The notes: generated by a model from the sequence alone, not told the origin. Shown: positions 1 through 9,764, counted from the stretch's first letter. The stretch is 64,000 bases of DNA from Thermodesulfobacteriota bacterium (GCA_963675595.2 CAXXLZ010000002.1:4288001-4352000), one strand, 5' to 3'. Made by a program: numbers and translations.

Positions 1-141
1 CAAATCCACGATGCCGCGTTGACAATCCCAGGAAAACGTCCTCCATCCTTCGGGTCGAATGGAGCCGACCGCTCGATCCGGTTCAAGGGTGACGATGTAA
101 AGCGCCGGATACCCGGCTTTGAGATAACTCGAAATGTCCAT
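1..141 (-). CDS. AAA ATPase (Ycf46-like) N-terminus, runs off the window
   Basis: Manual translation MDISSYLKAGYPALYIVTLEPDRA...WDCQRG with AGGAG SD; resembles the Ycf46-type AAA N-terminus. Confidence 0.55.
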   Translation of the reverse strand, partial: MDISSYLKAGYPALYIVTLEPDRAVGSIRPEGWRTFSWDCQRGIVDL

Positions 142-269
142 ATCGTTCTCCTTCCGTTCGGAAATAGAAAAGGCCGCTTCCGACGCACGGCCGAAAACAG
201 CCCATAAAAAAAGCGGCCGAAGCCGCCGCCCTCCATGCTCTTTGATTCCGTTCTTCTTTTCTTCTTTGT

Positions 270-575
270 TCAGAAGAGATACTCCTCCACGAGTTCGTAG
301 GGAAATTCCTCCACTTCCGCTTCTTCGTTGAACTGCTCGAGCCCGCCTCTGCCGGCCACCGGCTCCTCCACCGGCTCCTCCACCGGAACAGCCCTGCAGA
401 GGATCAAATGTCCACCGAACCTTTGTCGCAAAACCCCGAGTTCTGAAACCGCCTCGACCGGGTCTCGGAATCCAACCGGGTCATCCTGACCCACCACCAT
501 GAGCCCCAGCGGATGACGGGGATTGATGATGATGTAGACCGAAGCCTCGGTCTCGTTGATTTCGACTGACCGCAT
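270..575 (-). CDS. Hypothetical protein, acidic C-terminus
   Basis: ORF with AGGAG SD, co-oriented with neighbours. Confidence 0.55.
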   Translation of the reverse strand: MRSVEINETEASVYIIINPRHPLGLMVVGQDDPVGFRDPVEAVSELGVLRQRFGGHLILCRAVPVEEPVEEPVAGRGGLEQFNEEAEVEEFPYELVEEYLF

Positions 576-651
576 AACCGTTCTCCTTTCGTAAGAGACA
601 AAAAAACCGCCCTAAGACGGCTACTGACTCATTCCAGGACAAGAAGTTCAA

Positions 652-969
652 TCAGACCCGGACACGGATTTTGTCCACGTCCTTGACCTTCTTGGGCTCC
701 CAGTAGAGGTCGCGATCCACTTCGAATCCCGGCCTCACCTTCAAATCCCGAAGTTCACCGAAGGAGATATAGCCCCACTCAGCCATTTCCGGGTCACCCA
801 GGATCGCGTAACCCCAGAACAGGTCCTCTCCGTCGTATTCCACGACGTACCAGTCAAAGGCTCCAAGGAAAAAATGCAGCCTGACCAGCTTCTCTTCGAT
901 GGGCGTTCCCTCGGTCTCATAGAGCCTCGGAAGCCTGTCCAATTCCTCTTTCGTCGGTATGTTCCACAT
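652..969 (-). CDS. DUF2958-family protein
   Basis: LPRLYETE...HFF...DWYVVEYD...FWGY...EWGYISFGEL...DRDLYW pattern. Confidence 0.75.
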   Translation of the reverse strand: MWNIPTKEELDRLPRLYETEGTPIEEKLVRLHFFLGAFDWYVVEYDGEDLFWGYAILGDPEMAEWGYISFGELRDLKVRPGFEVDRDLYWEPKKVKDVDKIRVRV

Positions 970-1105
970 GGTAAATCACCTCCTGCTTTTTCAATTCTCC
1001 GCCGCAGAATACGCAGCGGCACTGATCGAGATAGGGAAACTCTCTTCCTTCGATGAAAACTTGAAGGAAGTACTCACTGCCGCAAAACCGGCACTGAACC
1101 CGCAT
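917..1105 (-). CDS. Small zinc-ribbon protein
   Basis: MRVQCRFCG...CVFCGG with AGGAGG SD; 3' end overlaps the next gene. Confidence 0.5.
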   Translation of the reverse strand: MRVQCRFCGSEYFLQVFIEGREFPYLDQCRCVFCGGELKKQEVIYHVEHTDERGIGQASEAL

Positions 1106-1115
1106 GACGCTCCTC

Positions 1116-1397
1116 CTAAAACAAGCTCGTGTGATGTCCGCAGTAGGGGCAAAATCTGTCGCCGAAGTCGTTGTAATCGAGCCCCAAAAAGAGCCACTCG
1201 ATTCGGTAGATGTTTCCGCAACGCCCGCAAGTTGCCGGCTCGGGCCGATCCCTGCAGGGCTTCCTGAGCATCTTCTTCCGGTTGAAACAACTGCGGCCGC
1301 AGCTCTCGCAGATTTCCCATTCATCGAATACCTGAAGGATTCCGTTGCACTCCGGGCACTGCTTCTCTTCAATATTTGCGTAAAGCGCATGATCCAT
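1116..1397 (-). CDS. Double zinc-ribbon protein
   Basis: Four CxxC pairs (CPEC, CESC, CGRC, CPYC); AGGAGG SD. Confidence 0.65.
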   Translation of the reverse strand: MDHALYANIEEKQCPECNGILQVFDEWEICESCGRSCFNRKKMLRKPCRDRPEPATCGRCGNIYRIEWLFLGLDYNDFGDRFCPYCGHHTSLF

Positions 1398-1478
1398 TTC
1401 TTCCTCCTGAAACAAAAAAAGGCCTGGAACTCCATGGTTCCCGCCTCGTTAGGTCGACACTAATTCCCGTATGTATGA

Positions 1479-1934
1479 TCAATGAGTCTTGATGACGCCC
1501 CGCTCGGACAGACTTTCAAAGCGGCCTTCATCGCCCACAACCACATGATCCACCACCCCGACATCGAAGAGTTCGGCACAACGGGTGAGTTTCTCGGTGA
1601 TCGCGATATCTTCTGCGCTGGGTTCCGGGCATCCGCTGGGATGATTATGGATGAACGCCACTTTAGCGGAATTACTCAGGAAAACGGCCTTGAATATTTC
1701 CCGTACGGATAGAATGGTCTGGCTCAAGGTTCCCACGCTTACCAGATGGATGCAGTTCACGTAGTTCTTGACGTTCAGGCACACCAGAAGAAACATCTCC
1801 CGGTCCGCGTTTCCCATGAACTTCATGCCGAGTTCAGCCAAGTCCTGCGGTCCTCGGATTGGCTTCTTCCCATAGGGGATCGAGCCGTCCCTGACCATTT
1901 TGACGCTCACGATATCGATTCTTTCCTTCATCAT
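1479..1934 (-). CDS. radC: RadC-like JAB domain protein
   Basis: E...HNHPSG.PEPSAED...DHVVVG JAMM motif; start MMKERI after GGAGG. Confidence 0.9.
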   Translation of the reverse strand: MMKERIDIVSVKMVRDGSIPYGKKPIRGPQDLAELGMKFMGNADREMFLLVCLNVKNYVNCIHLVSVGTLSQTILSVREIFKAVFLSNSAKVAFIHNHPSGCPEPSAEDIAITEKLTRCAELFDVGVVDHVVVGDEGRFESLSERGVIKTH

Positions 1935-2007
1935 AGAAAACCTCCCTGGAAATCCCTTGATTGGGGCTGTCCACAATGCTCGGACAGCCCGTGAGGTCGA
2001 TAATGCC

Positions 2008-2265
2008 CTAAAACGGAATATCGTCTCCGGCCTGACCCATCGACTTGATGCCGAAGTCCAGGAATGCCTGCCGAAACAATTCCGAGGCGGTCGGGAGATC
2101 ACTCGCCCGAAGATTGGGTGAGGTCTTCCAGTTGCCGTCGGCATCCTTGAACACGCGTTGCAGACTGAAGGTATGGTAGTTCCCTTTTGCGCCGTCGTTT
2201 TCCCAGACACTGACGACGACTCCGTTTGCCCGATACTTCCTCACCGGTTTGTTGCTCTCGCTCAT
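2008..2265 (-). CDS. Putative small ssDNA-binding protein with DDIPF tail
   Basis: VSVWEN...FSLQRVFKDADGNWK; ends GDDIPF like the bacterial SSB C-terminal tail. Confidence 0.6.
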   Translation of the reverse strand: MSESNKPVRKYRANGVVVSVWENDGAKGNYHTFSLQRVFKDADGNWKTSPNLRASDLPTASELFRQAFLDFGIKSMGQAGDDIPF

Positions 2266-2358
2266 GATCCTTCCTCCTCTTTCGTTGATATGATGCTCTA
2301 ACAGCCGCTCCATCCACAGCGGATGCACAGCGGACATCGTCCGTCGCGGTGGAGAATT

Positions 2359-2658
2359 TCACCGCAGTCCGGACATCGCTCGACCCTTCTCGGACTCGGT
2401 TTGTTCGGTTGCTTGACTTCCGAGGTAATGGATCGCCTTTTTGACGGTTTCTTGGTGATCATAGAATTCATCCAACAACTCCTTTCTCTTGGGTAATTCA
2501 TTGGTTTTGAAGATTTCCTTTGCTTCGAGATGCAGGCCGATCAGGCCCAGTAACAGCTCCGCTCCGAATTGATGGGACGGCTGGACCGACTGCGCCGCTT
2601 CCCGCCACTCGCGTCTCAGGCAAAAGAGGCCCCGACGCAACTTGGACGACGCATTCAA
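2359..2658 (-). CDS. Hypothetical protein
   Basis: ORF with GAGGAGG SD in co-oriented cluster. Confidence 0.45.
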   Translation of the reverse strand: MNASSKLRRGLFCLRREWREAAQSVQPSHQFGAELLLGLIGLHLEAKEIFKTNELPKRKELLDEFYDHQETVKKAIHYLGSQATEQTESEKGRAMSGLR

Positions 2659-2873
2659 GATTCACCTCCTCTCTCTGTGTGTAGTGCTCGTCGTTGTTGA
2701 AACGTGTGATTGAAGCTGTCGCTAAAACGAAGGGGATACGGGCCGTCTTCACGGACGGCGCGCTGCAAAACGGTGGGTACAGGCTTCACCCGACAAAATC
2801 GCTGTAGGTGGTCCGGGGAAACCCGCATTGGTGACACGGATCGCTAAACGCCTGGCTCTGCAAAGGTGTCCGC

Positions 2874-4910
2874 TTAACGCTCCGCTTTTTCGGTGAGTAG
2901 GATGGGGATGATCTTTTCGATGAAGTCTTTGGCGAGGTAGGCTTGAATGCCCTGAATCTTGAGGAGTGATTGAATTTTGGTGAGGGCTTCGGGGTTCGTC
3001 GCGATCATGAACTTCCGAATGGAGACGTGGTTCGAGAGGGTCTCGACGTTCTTCCTGATGTCCGATTTTCCGGTCTCGACCTGAACCGCCAAACCACCGT
3101 TGCAGTCGGCCACGAGATCCAGGTTGTCCTTTTCCAGGAACACTCGGCAGTGCCCGGCAAGCGACTGTCTGATTCTTTCGACCCAGTAGTTGTGTTCGAC
3201 ACCGCCCCGAACTCGAGAATTCTCGAGTTTCAGGCCTTCTCGGTGAAGTTGCTCTCCGGCCTGCGGCGTCAATTCAAAGAGCCGGTTTCGGTCCACAAGG
3301 ACTTCCTTGAGCAGGCCTTTCGTGAGGAGACCGTCCAGGCAGAGAGTTCCCTCCCGAGGGTTCATTCCGAGCTTCTTGTAACGTTTTTGAACTCCGTCGA
3401 AAGGATGAAGCGCGATGTCATCCAGCAGAATCCGCTCCATGGGGGAGAGTGTTTCCGAGCTTGAAAGCTCATGAAAGGAGTTTATTTCAGGAGTTAGAGC
3501 TTGGTTTGGATGTTCATTTACTGAAGAAGAGTTTATTCTAGTTTTTATGACTTTATCCCGGACCATTCCCTTGTCGATTTTGAATTCCGGAACCGATATC
3601 AGGAACGGAAACGGGACCCTTCCGGTCTTCACAATGGCCTCTCCCACCTTGAGCATGCCGTAGTAAGTTTCATTCCCGGTGGGAATGAGCTGGGAACGGC
3701 TCAAACTCGAGAAATCTTGAGACAGAGAGGTTTGAAAGCCGATCCGGGTATAGACATTCCCAAGAGCTGAGACTGAAACTTTGTGGGGATGCTGATCGAG
3801 AATCACGATGCCTTCCCCGAGCTCTCTGATCTCCCTCATCATGACGTCCGTGATGTCTTCTTCCTTGCTCGTTCGAAGAAGCAGGTGATGGGCTTCCTCA
3901 ATGACGATCATGTGCTTTAGAATCTCCCTTTCCGGCTCCTGCATCCGGTAGAAATAGATCCAAAGAAGCAGGCTTCCGATGATGAAGGTCTTGTCCGAAT
4001 CCGAAAGTCCGTCCAGCTCCAGGATCACGTTTTTCCGGAGCAGTTTTGGGATTGAAATGGGACTGAGACTGGTAATGAGACTGGGACTGAGAGCGGGATT
4101 GAGCTTGGGAATAGGACTGGGATTGGGACTGGGACTGGGACTGACGCTGGGAGATTGAAAATTCACAACCTCGTTCAGGCCCGGGAAGGTAAGACTGTTC
4201 AGCGTTCTCTTGGCCGAACTCAGCCAGAGCATCTCTCTGCCCCGGCGGTTTTGCTTGTCGATATAGCGTTTCATGTCCGCGAAGGTCGGGAGACTCATGG
4301 CGTCCATCAAGACGTCCGACGCTCCCGGACCTAACAAATATGCCTTCTCGATAATCTCCATCAGTTTCTTCGACCAGATGGGAGGCTCGACTCCGGGCGG
4401 AGGAATCTTGGGATTGAAACGGAAAGGGCTGACCTCCCTTCCCACGGTAAAGATCAGGATGTCCTCATTCCGGAAATCCGGATGGGTCAAAAGGTCCCGG
4501 TAGTTTCGTTTCCAATCGAAGATCAGAAACGGGATCTTCGCCTTGACGAATTCCCGGATAAGATTCATGCACGCGGTAGTCTTGCCGGAACCGGTCTGCC
4601 CGAAAAGACCCACATGTCGAATCAACTCCTCCTTTCTGAGACCAAAGGGAAAGAGCTTCCTGCCGCAATAGGAGACGTGTCCGAGTTGCAAATCGCCGGC
4701 CGCCTCATTCTTTCCCGGCGGCGGCAGCATAACGGCGTTTTCGAACGCCACTCCCGTATGCTGCAGGAGCATGGAATCGACCATGGATTCGATTTCGCGC
4801 TTGGCTCTCGGATTCTCCTCTATCTGATAAAGCGACCACAAAGCCCGAAGCTCTCCGGAAGAAACGAAGGGCTCGAGCCGTCTCAGCTTTTCGGCAACGG
4901 TTACGATCAT
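2874..4910 (-). CDS. HerA/VirB4-like (DUF87) ATPase with C-terminal wHTH-like and nuclease-like region
   Basis: Walker A GQTGSGKT, Walker B IVIEEAH, REIRELGEG and DQHP motifs; C-terminal DLVAD...VQVETGK. Confidence 0.85.
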   Translation of the reverse strand: MIVTVAEKLRRLEPFVSSGELRALWSLYQIEENPRAKREIESMVDSMLLQHTGVAFENAVMLPPPGKNEAAGDLQLGHVSYCGRKLFPFGLRKEELIRHVGLFGQTGSGKTTACMNLIREFVKAKIPFLIFDWKRNYRDLLTHPDFRNEDILIFTVGREVSPFRFNPKIPPPGVEPPIWSKKLMEIIEKAYLLGPGASDVLMDAMSLPTFADMKRYIDKQNRRGREMLWLSSAKRTLNSLTFPGLNEVVNFQSPSVSPSPSPNPSPIPKLNPALSPSLITSLSPISIPKLLRKNVILELDGLSDSDKTFIIGSLLLWIYFYRMQEPEREILKHMIVIEEAHHLLLRTSKEEDITDVMMREIRELGEGIVILDQHPHKVSVSALGNVYTRIGFQTSLSQDFSSLSRSQLIPTGNETYYGMLKVGEAIVKTGRVPFPFLISVPEFKIDKGMVRDKVIKTRINSSSVNEHPNQALTPEINSFHELSSSETLSPMERILLDDIALHPFDGVQKRYKKLGMNPREGTLCLDGLLTKGLLKEVLVDRNRLFELTPQAGEQLHREGLKLENSRVRGGVEHNYWVERIRQSLAGHCRVFLEKDNLDLVADCNGGLAVQVETGKSDIRKNVETLSNHVSIRKFMIATNPEALTKIQSLLKIQGIQAYLAKDFIEKIIPILLTEKAER
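4057..4152. repeat. Degenerate hexamer repeat (GGGACT) encoding a Ser/Pro-rich insert
   Basis: gggactgggactgggact... encodes SPSVSPSPSPNPSPIPKLNPALSPS. Confidence 0.8.
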
Positions 4911-5677
4911 TGGAATTCCCTCTCACACCACCCCCCGCATAGACAGGGATAGTCCTCTTCACGCTCGGACAGGGTCAGCTCGTGCATTCGGCGGATTTCT
5001 TCCGCAGCCCAATCCGCGAGTTCTTGGGTAGGCTTGAAAATTTTGGGATTGTCTTTGGAGGGTGGGAATTTCAGGAAATGAACTGAGACTCTATCGGGAA
5101 GCTTTCCGTTCACTTCCCGCTCGAGGAGGGCGTAGATCGCAAGCTGGAGTTTGATGTCGGGTGTAATCTCCTGGTATTTCGAAGTCTTATAATCCCTGAT
5201 CTCGACGAATTCTCGAGAATAACGGGCATCCAAGATGCCTTGGGCACCATGTATTTGACTCACAAGCCGTATTTCCGGCTCAGGCGGGCTTCTTCCGCTG
5301 CTCATTTCGCGGATGAACTGGTGAAGCCAGTTCAACGCCATCTTCCTGGCCTCGACGAGTTGGCCTTCGGCCTCGTCCCGACCGCCGGAGAGCGTCCGAA
5401 TCTCGAGAATTCTCGAGTTCCACAGGAAATCCACCCTGTCCAGAATCCGCTTTCGGCTTTCCGCATAGGGCGCTTCGAGAATCTCGGGAGTATATTCCTG
5501 AACAAAGGCTTCCGCAGCCTGGTGAACCACCTGCCCCACGATGAAGCACATCTTGGGTTTGGTTTTCAGTTTCCTGACGTATCTAAGATAGAACTTTCTC
5601 GGGCATCCCCATCGGAACCGCGCATCCTTTTTGTAGGAGAGAATGGCCGACGGGCTCAGGATTCGTTTGAAGGTCAT
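4907..5677 (-). CDS. PD-(D/E)XK (RecB/Cas4-like) nuclease
   Basis: LSPSAI..Y...CPRKFY, GILD...IRDYKTS, QLAIYAL, C-terminal CLCGGWC. Confidence 0.88.
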   Translation of the reverse strand: MTFKRILSPSAILSYKKDARFRWGCPRKFYLRYVRKLKTKPKMCFIVGQVVHQAAEAFVQEYTPEILEAPYAESRKRILDRVDFLWNSRILEIRTLSGGRDEAEGQLVEARKMALNWLHQFIREMSSGRSPPEPEIRLVSQIHGAQGILDARYSREFVEIRDYKTSKYQEITPDIKLQLAIYALLEREVNGKLPDRVSVHFLKFPPSKDNPKIFKPTQELADWAAEEIRRMHELTLSEREEDYPCLCGGWCEREFQ

Positions 5678-5835
5678 TTTGATCGGTCGTAACGGCTCCG
5701 CACCTGCATTTCCCTCACAAAGTACACGATCACTTTTTCCAGTTGATGTTTTTCCATGGCGAGCGCGAAGGCTCCCGGCACTTCGTAGAGCTTTTCCACG
5801 TCCGTCATGGTGACGTCCTTATATTGGTATTTCAT
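5674..5835 (-). CDS. Small hypothetical protein
   Basis: MKYQYKDV..., GGAGG SD, ATGA overlap with the nuclease gene. Confidence 0.5.
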   Translation of the reverse strand: MKYQYKDVTMTDVEKLYEVPGAFALAMEKHQLEKVIVYFVREMQVRSRYDRSK

Positions 5836-5837
5836 TC

Positions 5838-6392
5838 TCAGGTTTTTCCTCCCAGCAATTTGGCCTTGTCCTCTATCGACCTCCGGTACTCCACGGTATC
5901 CCTGAGTTCCTTGCCCAAAAACAGAATGTCCCTGAAATAGGCGGCAAGTTCCATTCTCCGGTCCCGCTCGAGATCGATCTTCCGCGTCTCCAGTCCGATC
6001 CAGTCTCGGTCCCTTCGATAGACCTTGTAGCCCATCTCGAAAATGAGGTTCTGGCAGGTGCAAAGATCCCGCTCGATGCCGTAGAGGTTCTCCTCCTTGA
6101 TCAGCCTCCGCTTATCGATGGCTTCGATCACGGCTTCGATCCGATCTTCCGTCCTTTGAATCTTTGCTCCCAACATCCCTTCCAGGCTCAGAAACCCCAC
6201 ATTTTTTTCGGAGGGCACACCTTCATAAACAGAAGGGGACGCCAAGTAGGACGCTCCGCTTCCGTAAGGGGAGACCAAGTAGGACGCTCCGCTTCCGTAA
6301 GGGGAGACCAAGTAGGACGCTCCGCTTCCGTAATTCGATGTGGGTCGTATGGGAGAGTACGAACCAAGCCGCGAAAAATAATCATCACTCAT
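5838..6392 (-). CDS. Hypothetical coiled-coil protein with N-terminal YGSGASYLVSP repeats
   Basis: 184-aa ORF heading a tightly coupled operon. Confidence 0.7.
   Translation of the reverse strand: MSDDYFSRLGSYSPIRPTSNYGSGASYLVSPYGSGASYLVSPYGSGASYLASPSVYEGVPSEKNVGFLSLEGMLGAKIQRTEDRIEAVIEAIDKRRLIKEENLYGIERDLCTCQNLIFEMGYKVYRRDRDWIGLETRKIDLERDRRMELAAYFRDILFLGKELRDTVEYRRSIEDKAKLLGGKT
6242..6333. repeat. Perfect 33-bp tandem repeat, two full units plus 26 bp
   Basis: ccaagtaggacgctccgcttccgtaaggggaga repeated in frame. Confidence 0.95.
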
Positions 6393-6881
6393 AAGTAGTT
6401 GAAATCAGCTTCTTATATAAAAAGCTTTCCCTTTTTCCCGCTCAAATGAACGACCCGAAGCCAAACAGCTACACACGAATCCCCTTCAGAGGCCACTTAC
6501 TGGTCAACGGCGGACGAAATTGGAAGGCGTCCCCGCCGTCCCCAACCCCGAACGAAAGGAAAAGCTTTATGGCAGGATTTGAAGACTTTCCGTCGGGAGT
6601 GGTTTTGGTAAGAAACGGCAGGCCTGAAGAGGATTCTTTTCGGCGAAGATTTCGTTTTTAGAGTCCATGAACGACCAATGATTCCTTCGCGTGTTACTTC
6701 CTCTCTCGTAAGGCCTATGAAGCCTCTTTCCCCCCTATGTCGACTGTATCGGCAACCCTATCCCGGTCAATCGGTAAAAACGGCCCGGTTTCCCGAAACC
6801 CGTTTCCGGTGGTTGAATGCATCCCCATTCTAATCCCTGATGATTCTGCGAAGAATTCCTTCTGGGTTCCAGATTAGAGTT

Positions 6882-6897
6882 CGGCACAGTTGTTGCT
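6882..6897 (+). promoter_or_regulatory. Sigma54 -24/-12 promoter
   Basis: cGGCACagttgTTGCt upstream of an exosortase-target gene. Confidence 0.7.
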
Positions 6898-7029
6898 TGT
6901 ATTGTATGACAAAATGATTAAAATGAACTAAATGACTAGCAAGCGAAATTCGAGATATCGGATAAGATTCTTAGGCACCACGTGTGAATGATCGCGGCGA
7001 CTCGATCGCCTGTAGCGGGAGGTGTAGAT

Positions 7030-7806
7030 ATGGAAAAGAAGTTGAGTGCGAATGGAATGAGAGGAATGCGATTCGCGCAAGCGCTCGTGCTGGTCGCTGT
7101 GCTGTGTGCATGGTCCGGGTCCGGCTGGGCGCTCTCGATTGGTACGTTTACGCCCAGCGGGGCGCCGGTGGGAAACCCGGCGATCTACAATACGTTGTAC
7201 AACGTGGAAATCCTTGGGGGCGATGTGGGGAAGTACTTCTCGGTCGATTGGCTGCTGCCCACGACCTACACCGGCTTGAGCGATGAATTGAGCGCCAACG
7301 CACTGATCACCATCGACGATTTCACCGCATCTGAGCTGACACTGACGGTGAAGTTGACCAACAGCACCACGTCTGCGGTTCAGGCGGGGTGGACAGCCTT
7401 TGGTTTCAGTGTAACGCCCGACGGAACGGCCGCATACTCCGATGCCGGCAGCAAATTCGACGGAGTGGAGTCCGGCAGCGGTCCGAATCAGACCTTCCCC
7501 GGGGGATACAAATTGATCGATGTGTGCGCGTATGCCGCCGATAATTGCGGCGGGGGCAACATCAGCGACGGTCTGCAGAGCGGCGGCAATACGGACACCT
7601 TTACGCTGACCATCAGCGGTAGCTTTTCCGGTGAAGACGGTTTGAAGGTGGTTTTGGACTCTTTTCCTGCGAAGTTCCAGACAGCGGCGGGTTCTTTCGA
7701 GATCGCAGGCACCACCACGACCGTGCCCGTGCCGGCGGCTGCCTTGCTTCTGGGATCGGGTCTTGTCGGTCTGGCAGGTTTGAGACGTAGACGAACACAG
7801 CGTTAA
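7030..7806 (+). CDS. Exosortase-sorted surface protein (VPVPA-CTERM; cistern-family-like)
   Basis: Signal peptide; DVC...NCGGG; C-terminal VPVPAAALLLGSGLVGLAGLRRRR. Confidence 0.9.
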   Translation: MEKKLSANGMRGMRFAQALVLVAVLCAWSGSGWALSIGTFTPSGAPVGNPAIYNTLYNVEILGGDVGKYFSVDWLLPTTYTGLSDELSANALITIDDFTASELTLTVKLTNSTTSAVQAGWTAFGFSVTPDGTAAYSDAGSKFDGVESGSGPNQTFPGGYKLIDVCAYAADNCGGGNISDGLQSGGNTDTFTLTISGSFSGEDGLKVVLDSFPAKFQTAAGSFEIAGTTTTVPVPAAALLLGSGLVGLAGLRRRRTQR

Positions 7807-7842
7807 CCGGTGAACTTTAATAAGTGAAATTCAGAGAGAGAT

Positions 7843-7879
7843 AGCGGGGTCTCGATGTACGGGTCCCCGCTTTTCTTTT
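7843..7879 (+). terminator. Intrinsic terminator
   Basis: agcgggg...ccccgct followed by T-tract. Confidence 0.7.
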
Positions 7880-8958
7880 GACTGCTTTCGGACGGGTATT
7901 TTGAGACCGGCAAGATCGCTTACGAAAACTGTAACTTTCAGGAAGCTCGGAGCCCTTTTCTTATGCCCGAAAGACGGGAAATAATCTCATTATTACTCCA
8001 ATATAAACTTACATAAACCTGCATAAACTCACCAAAGACATAAAAAACCACACGAAAACTTGGTTTCGTTTGATAAAAAAGCATAGCTTTGATTATCTCA
8101 CAAAATCGCCGACACCACCAAAAGCCCGCCGGAGGCGGGCCCCGCCCGCAGGGCGAAGGGGCGTTGGGTTCGTTAGAACCCGACTCACCGTGAACCCCAT
8201 GGGGTTCACCAACCCACTCCCATCAAATTCCAATCGAACCGCTCCGATCCCAAAAGACCCCGATGTCCATCATCGGTCTTCCTCGGATCATTCGGATCAT
8301 AAGGTGACGATTTCCCAATCCTCCAAATCCGACTCTTCGGACATCCCCAAAACCGCCCCCCCTGACCACACGACCGTCGTGGAAAGAATGACCCATCTTC
8401 CCGGCGGTAGAATACTCCAACCGGAAGCAGCCGCTCCGGATCACTCTCCCCTTCCAAAGAAGTATGCATCACAAGCATCCGCTCAAAGGAACGCATGCGC
8501 AACCGAAGTGTTCTTCCCGGTAAGCCGGTACATTTCGGAACCAGGGTTTCCGGCGTGAGCCCGGAAGCCTGTTGTTCACGTTAAACAGCCCCATACCCGG
8601 CTCGTACCGATACGACCCGGCATGGCCGCTTCATCGAGCGCTTGCCCAGACGAAAGCCGCAACGGCTCGCCCTCTCGAAAGAGGTCAACGGCAATTCCCG
8701 CTCGCGGCAAGAATTGCCGACACAACGAATCCCAAAAACATGGCCATGAAAAGGGCGCCACTGACCGGCCTCATGGCCTTGCCTATCTCGCTCCGAGATG
8801 AAAAACTTTCGGCCGATGCCCGGAGCAGCGGACATCCGACCGCAAAGCTTATTAAGGAGCCGTCCTCAACTCTCCATACGCAGAGCGCATAGAGGAGAGC
8901 AACCATTCGAACGACTCCGTCGCCGCTCTGCCGAAAACCGACGTTCTAACACAGCGAA

Positions 8959-9513
8959 TCAGGGGCCTCGTTGCCCCTGCCAAATCTCCGCCGCTTTTTC
9001 TACAAGCCCGACAAGCTCCCTTGCCTTGCGGCGATGCTCGAAAGCCTGCTCCCGGTCACGACTTACTTGGGAGCGTCTCATGTACTCCATCGCAGGACCC
9101 ATGAACTCATCCTCGACAAGAAGCTTGGCTCGCCCGAGCGTGTTCCGCTTTCCGTCATCATTCGAAAGACAGCTGTGCATGATCGCCAGGTCCCGGATCC
9201 GCTCGAGCACTTTGCCGATCCTGTATCGCCGTTTGTCCACCTCGAACTTCCCGCAGACTCGCTCGAAGTCCCAGGTATTGAAGGCGCTCTCAGGATCAGA
9301 CCAATCAAGCCATGCCCCGCTCTGGCTCTGTTCGGCTAACCGCATGATGGGCGCATGCTCGCTCTGCACATACCAGGCGATAAATTCCAGCGCCTCATCC
9401 TTTTCGTCGTCGCTGTATCTAAGCCAAGGATCGCTGTTTCGTAAAATCTTCAGTCCTGCGGGTACCGGCGCGTCGAGTACGCCATATTCAACAACAACTT
9501 GTTCTTGTTTCAT
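8959..9513 (-). CDS. Hypothetical protein
   Basis: GGAGG SD before MKQEQ; charged helical protein. Confidence 0.65.
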   Translation of the reverse strand: MKQEQVVVEYGVLDAPVPAGLKILRNSDPWLRYSDDEKDEALEFIAWYVQSEHAPIMRLAEQSQSGAWLDWSDPESAFNTWDFERVCGKFEVDKRRYRIGKVLERIRDLAIMHSCLSNDDGKRNTLGRAKLLVEDEFMGPAMEYMRRSQVSRDREQAFEHRRKARELVGLVEKAAEIWQGQRGP

Positions 9514-9764
9514 GGTGTTTTCCTCCCGGAGTCCAATTCTTTGACCGGACTCTCTCGGCTGCGTATTCACCGAGAGAGCGGAAGTCTGCATCCAGGAAAA
9601 CAGCAACGCCAAACCCTGATAAACCGATCCACCAACGGATGGAACTCGTTTTCAGGCGACCCTCGAAGAGGGGGAAAGGCTTAAATCGGGCTTTCGGCGA
9701 TGGAGTCGAATCCCATTTATGCCTTTAGCCGTGAAGAAAACGGTAGTTACTCGTCACCGATACC

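Noticed and set aside
6242-6333. Possible mini CRISPR array near a Cas4-like nuclease
   Set aside because: Units are contiguous and identical with no unique spacers, and they are in-frame coding; no cas1/cas2
8070-8900. ORFs and hairpins, including a perfect 20-bp palindrome at 8190-8209, as an oriT/oriV
   Set aside because: No recognisable nic site, iterons or relaxase; the ORFs lack protein-like composition
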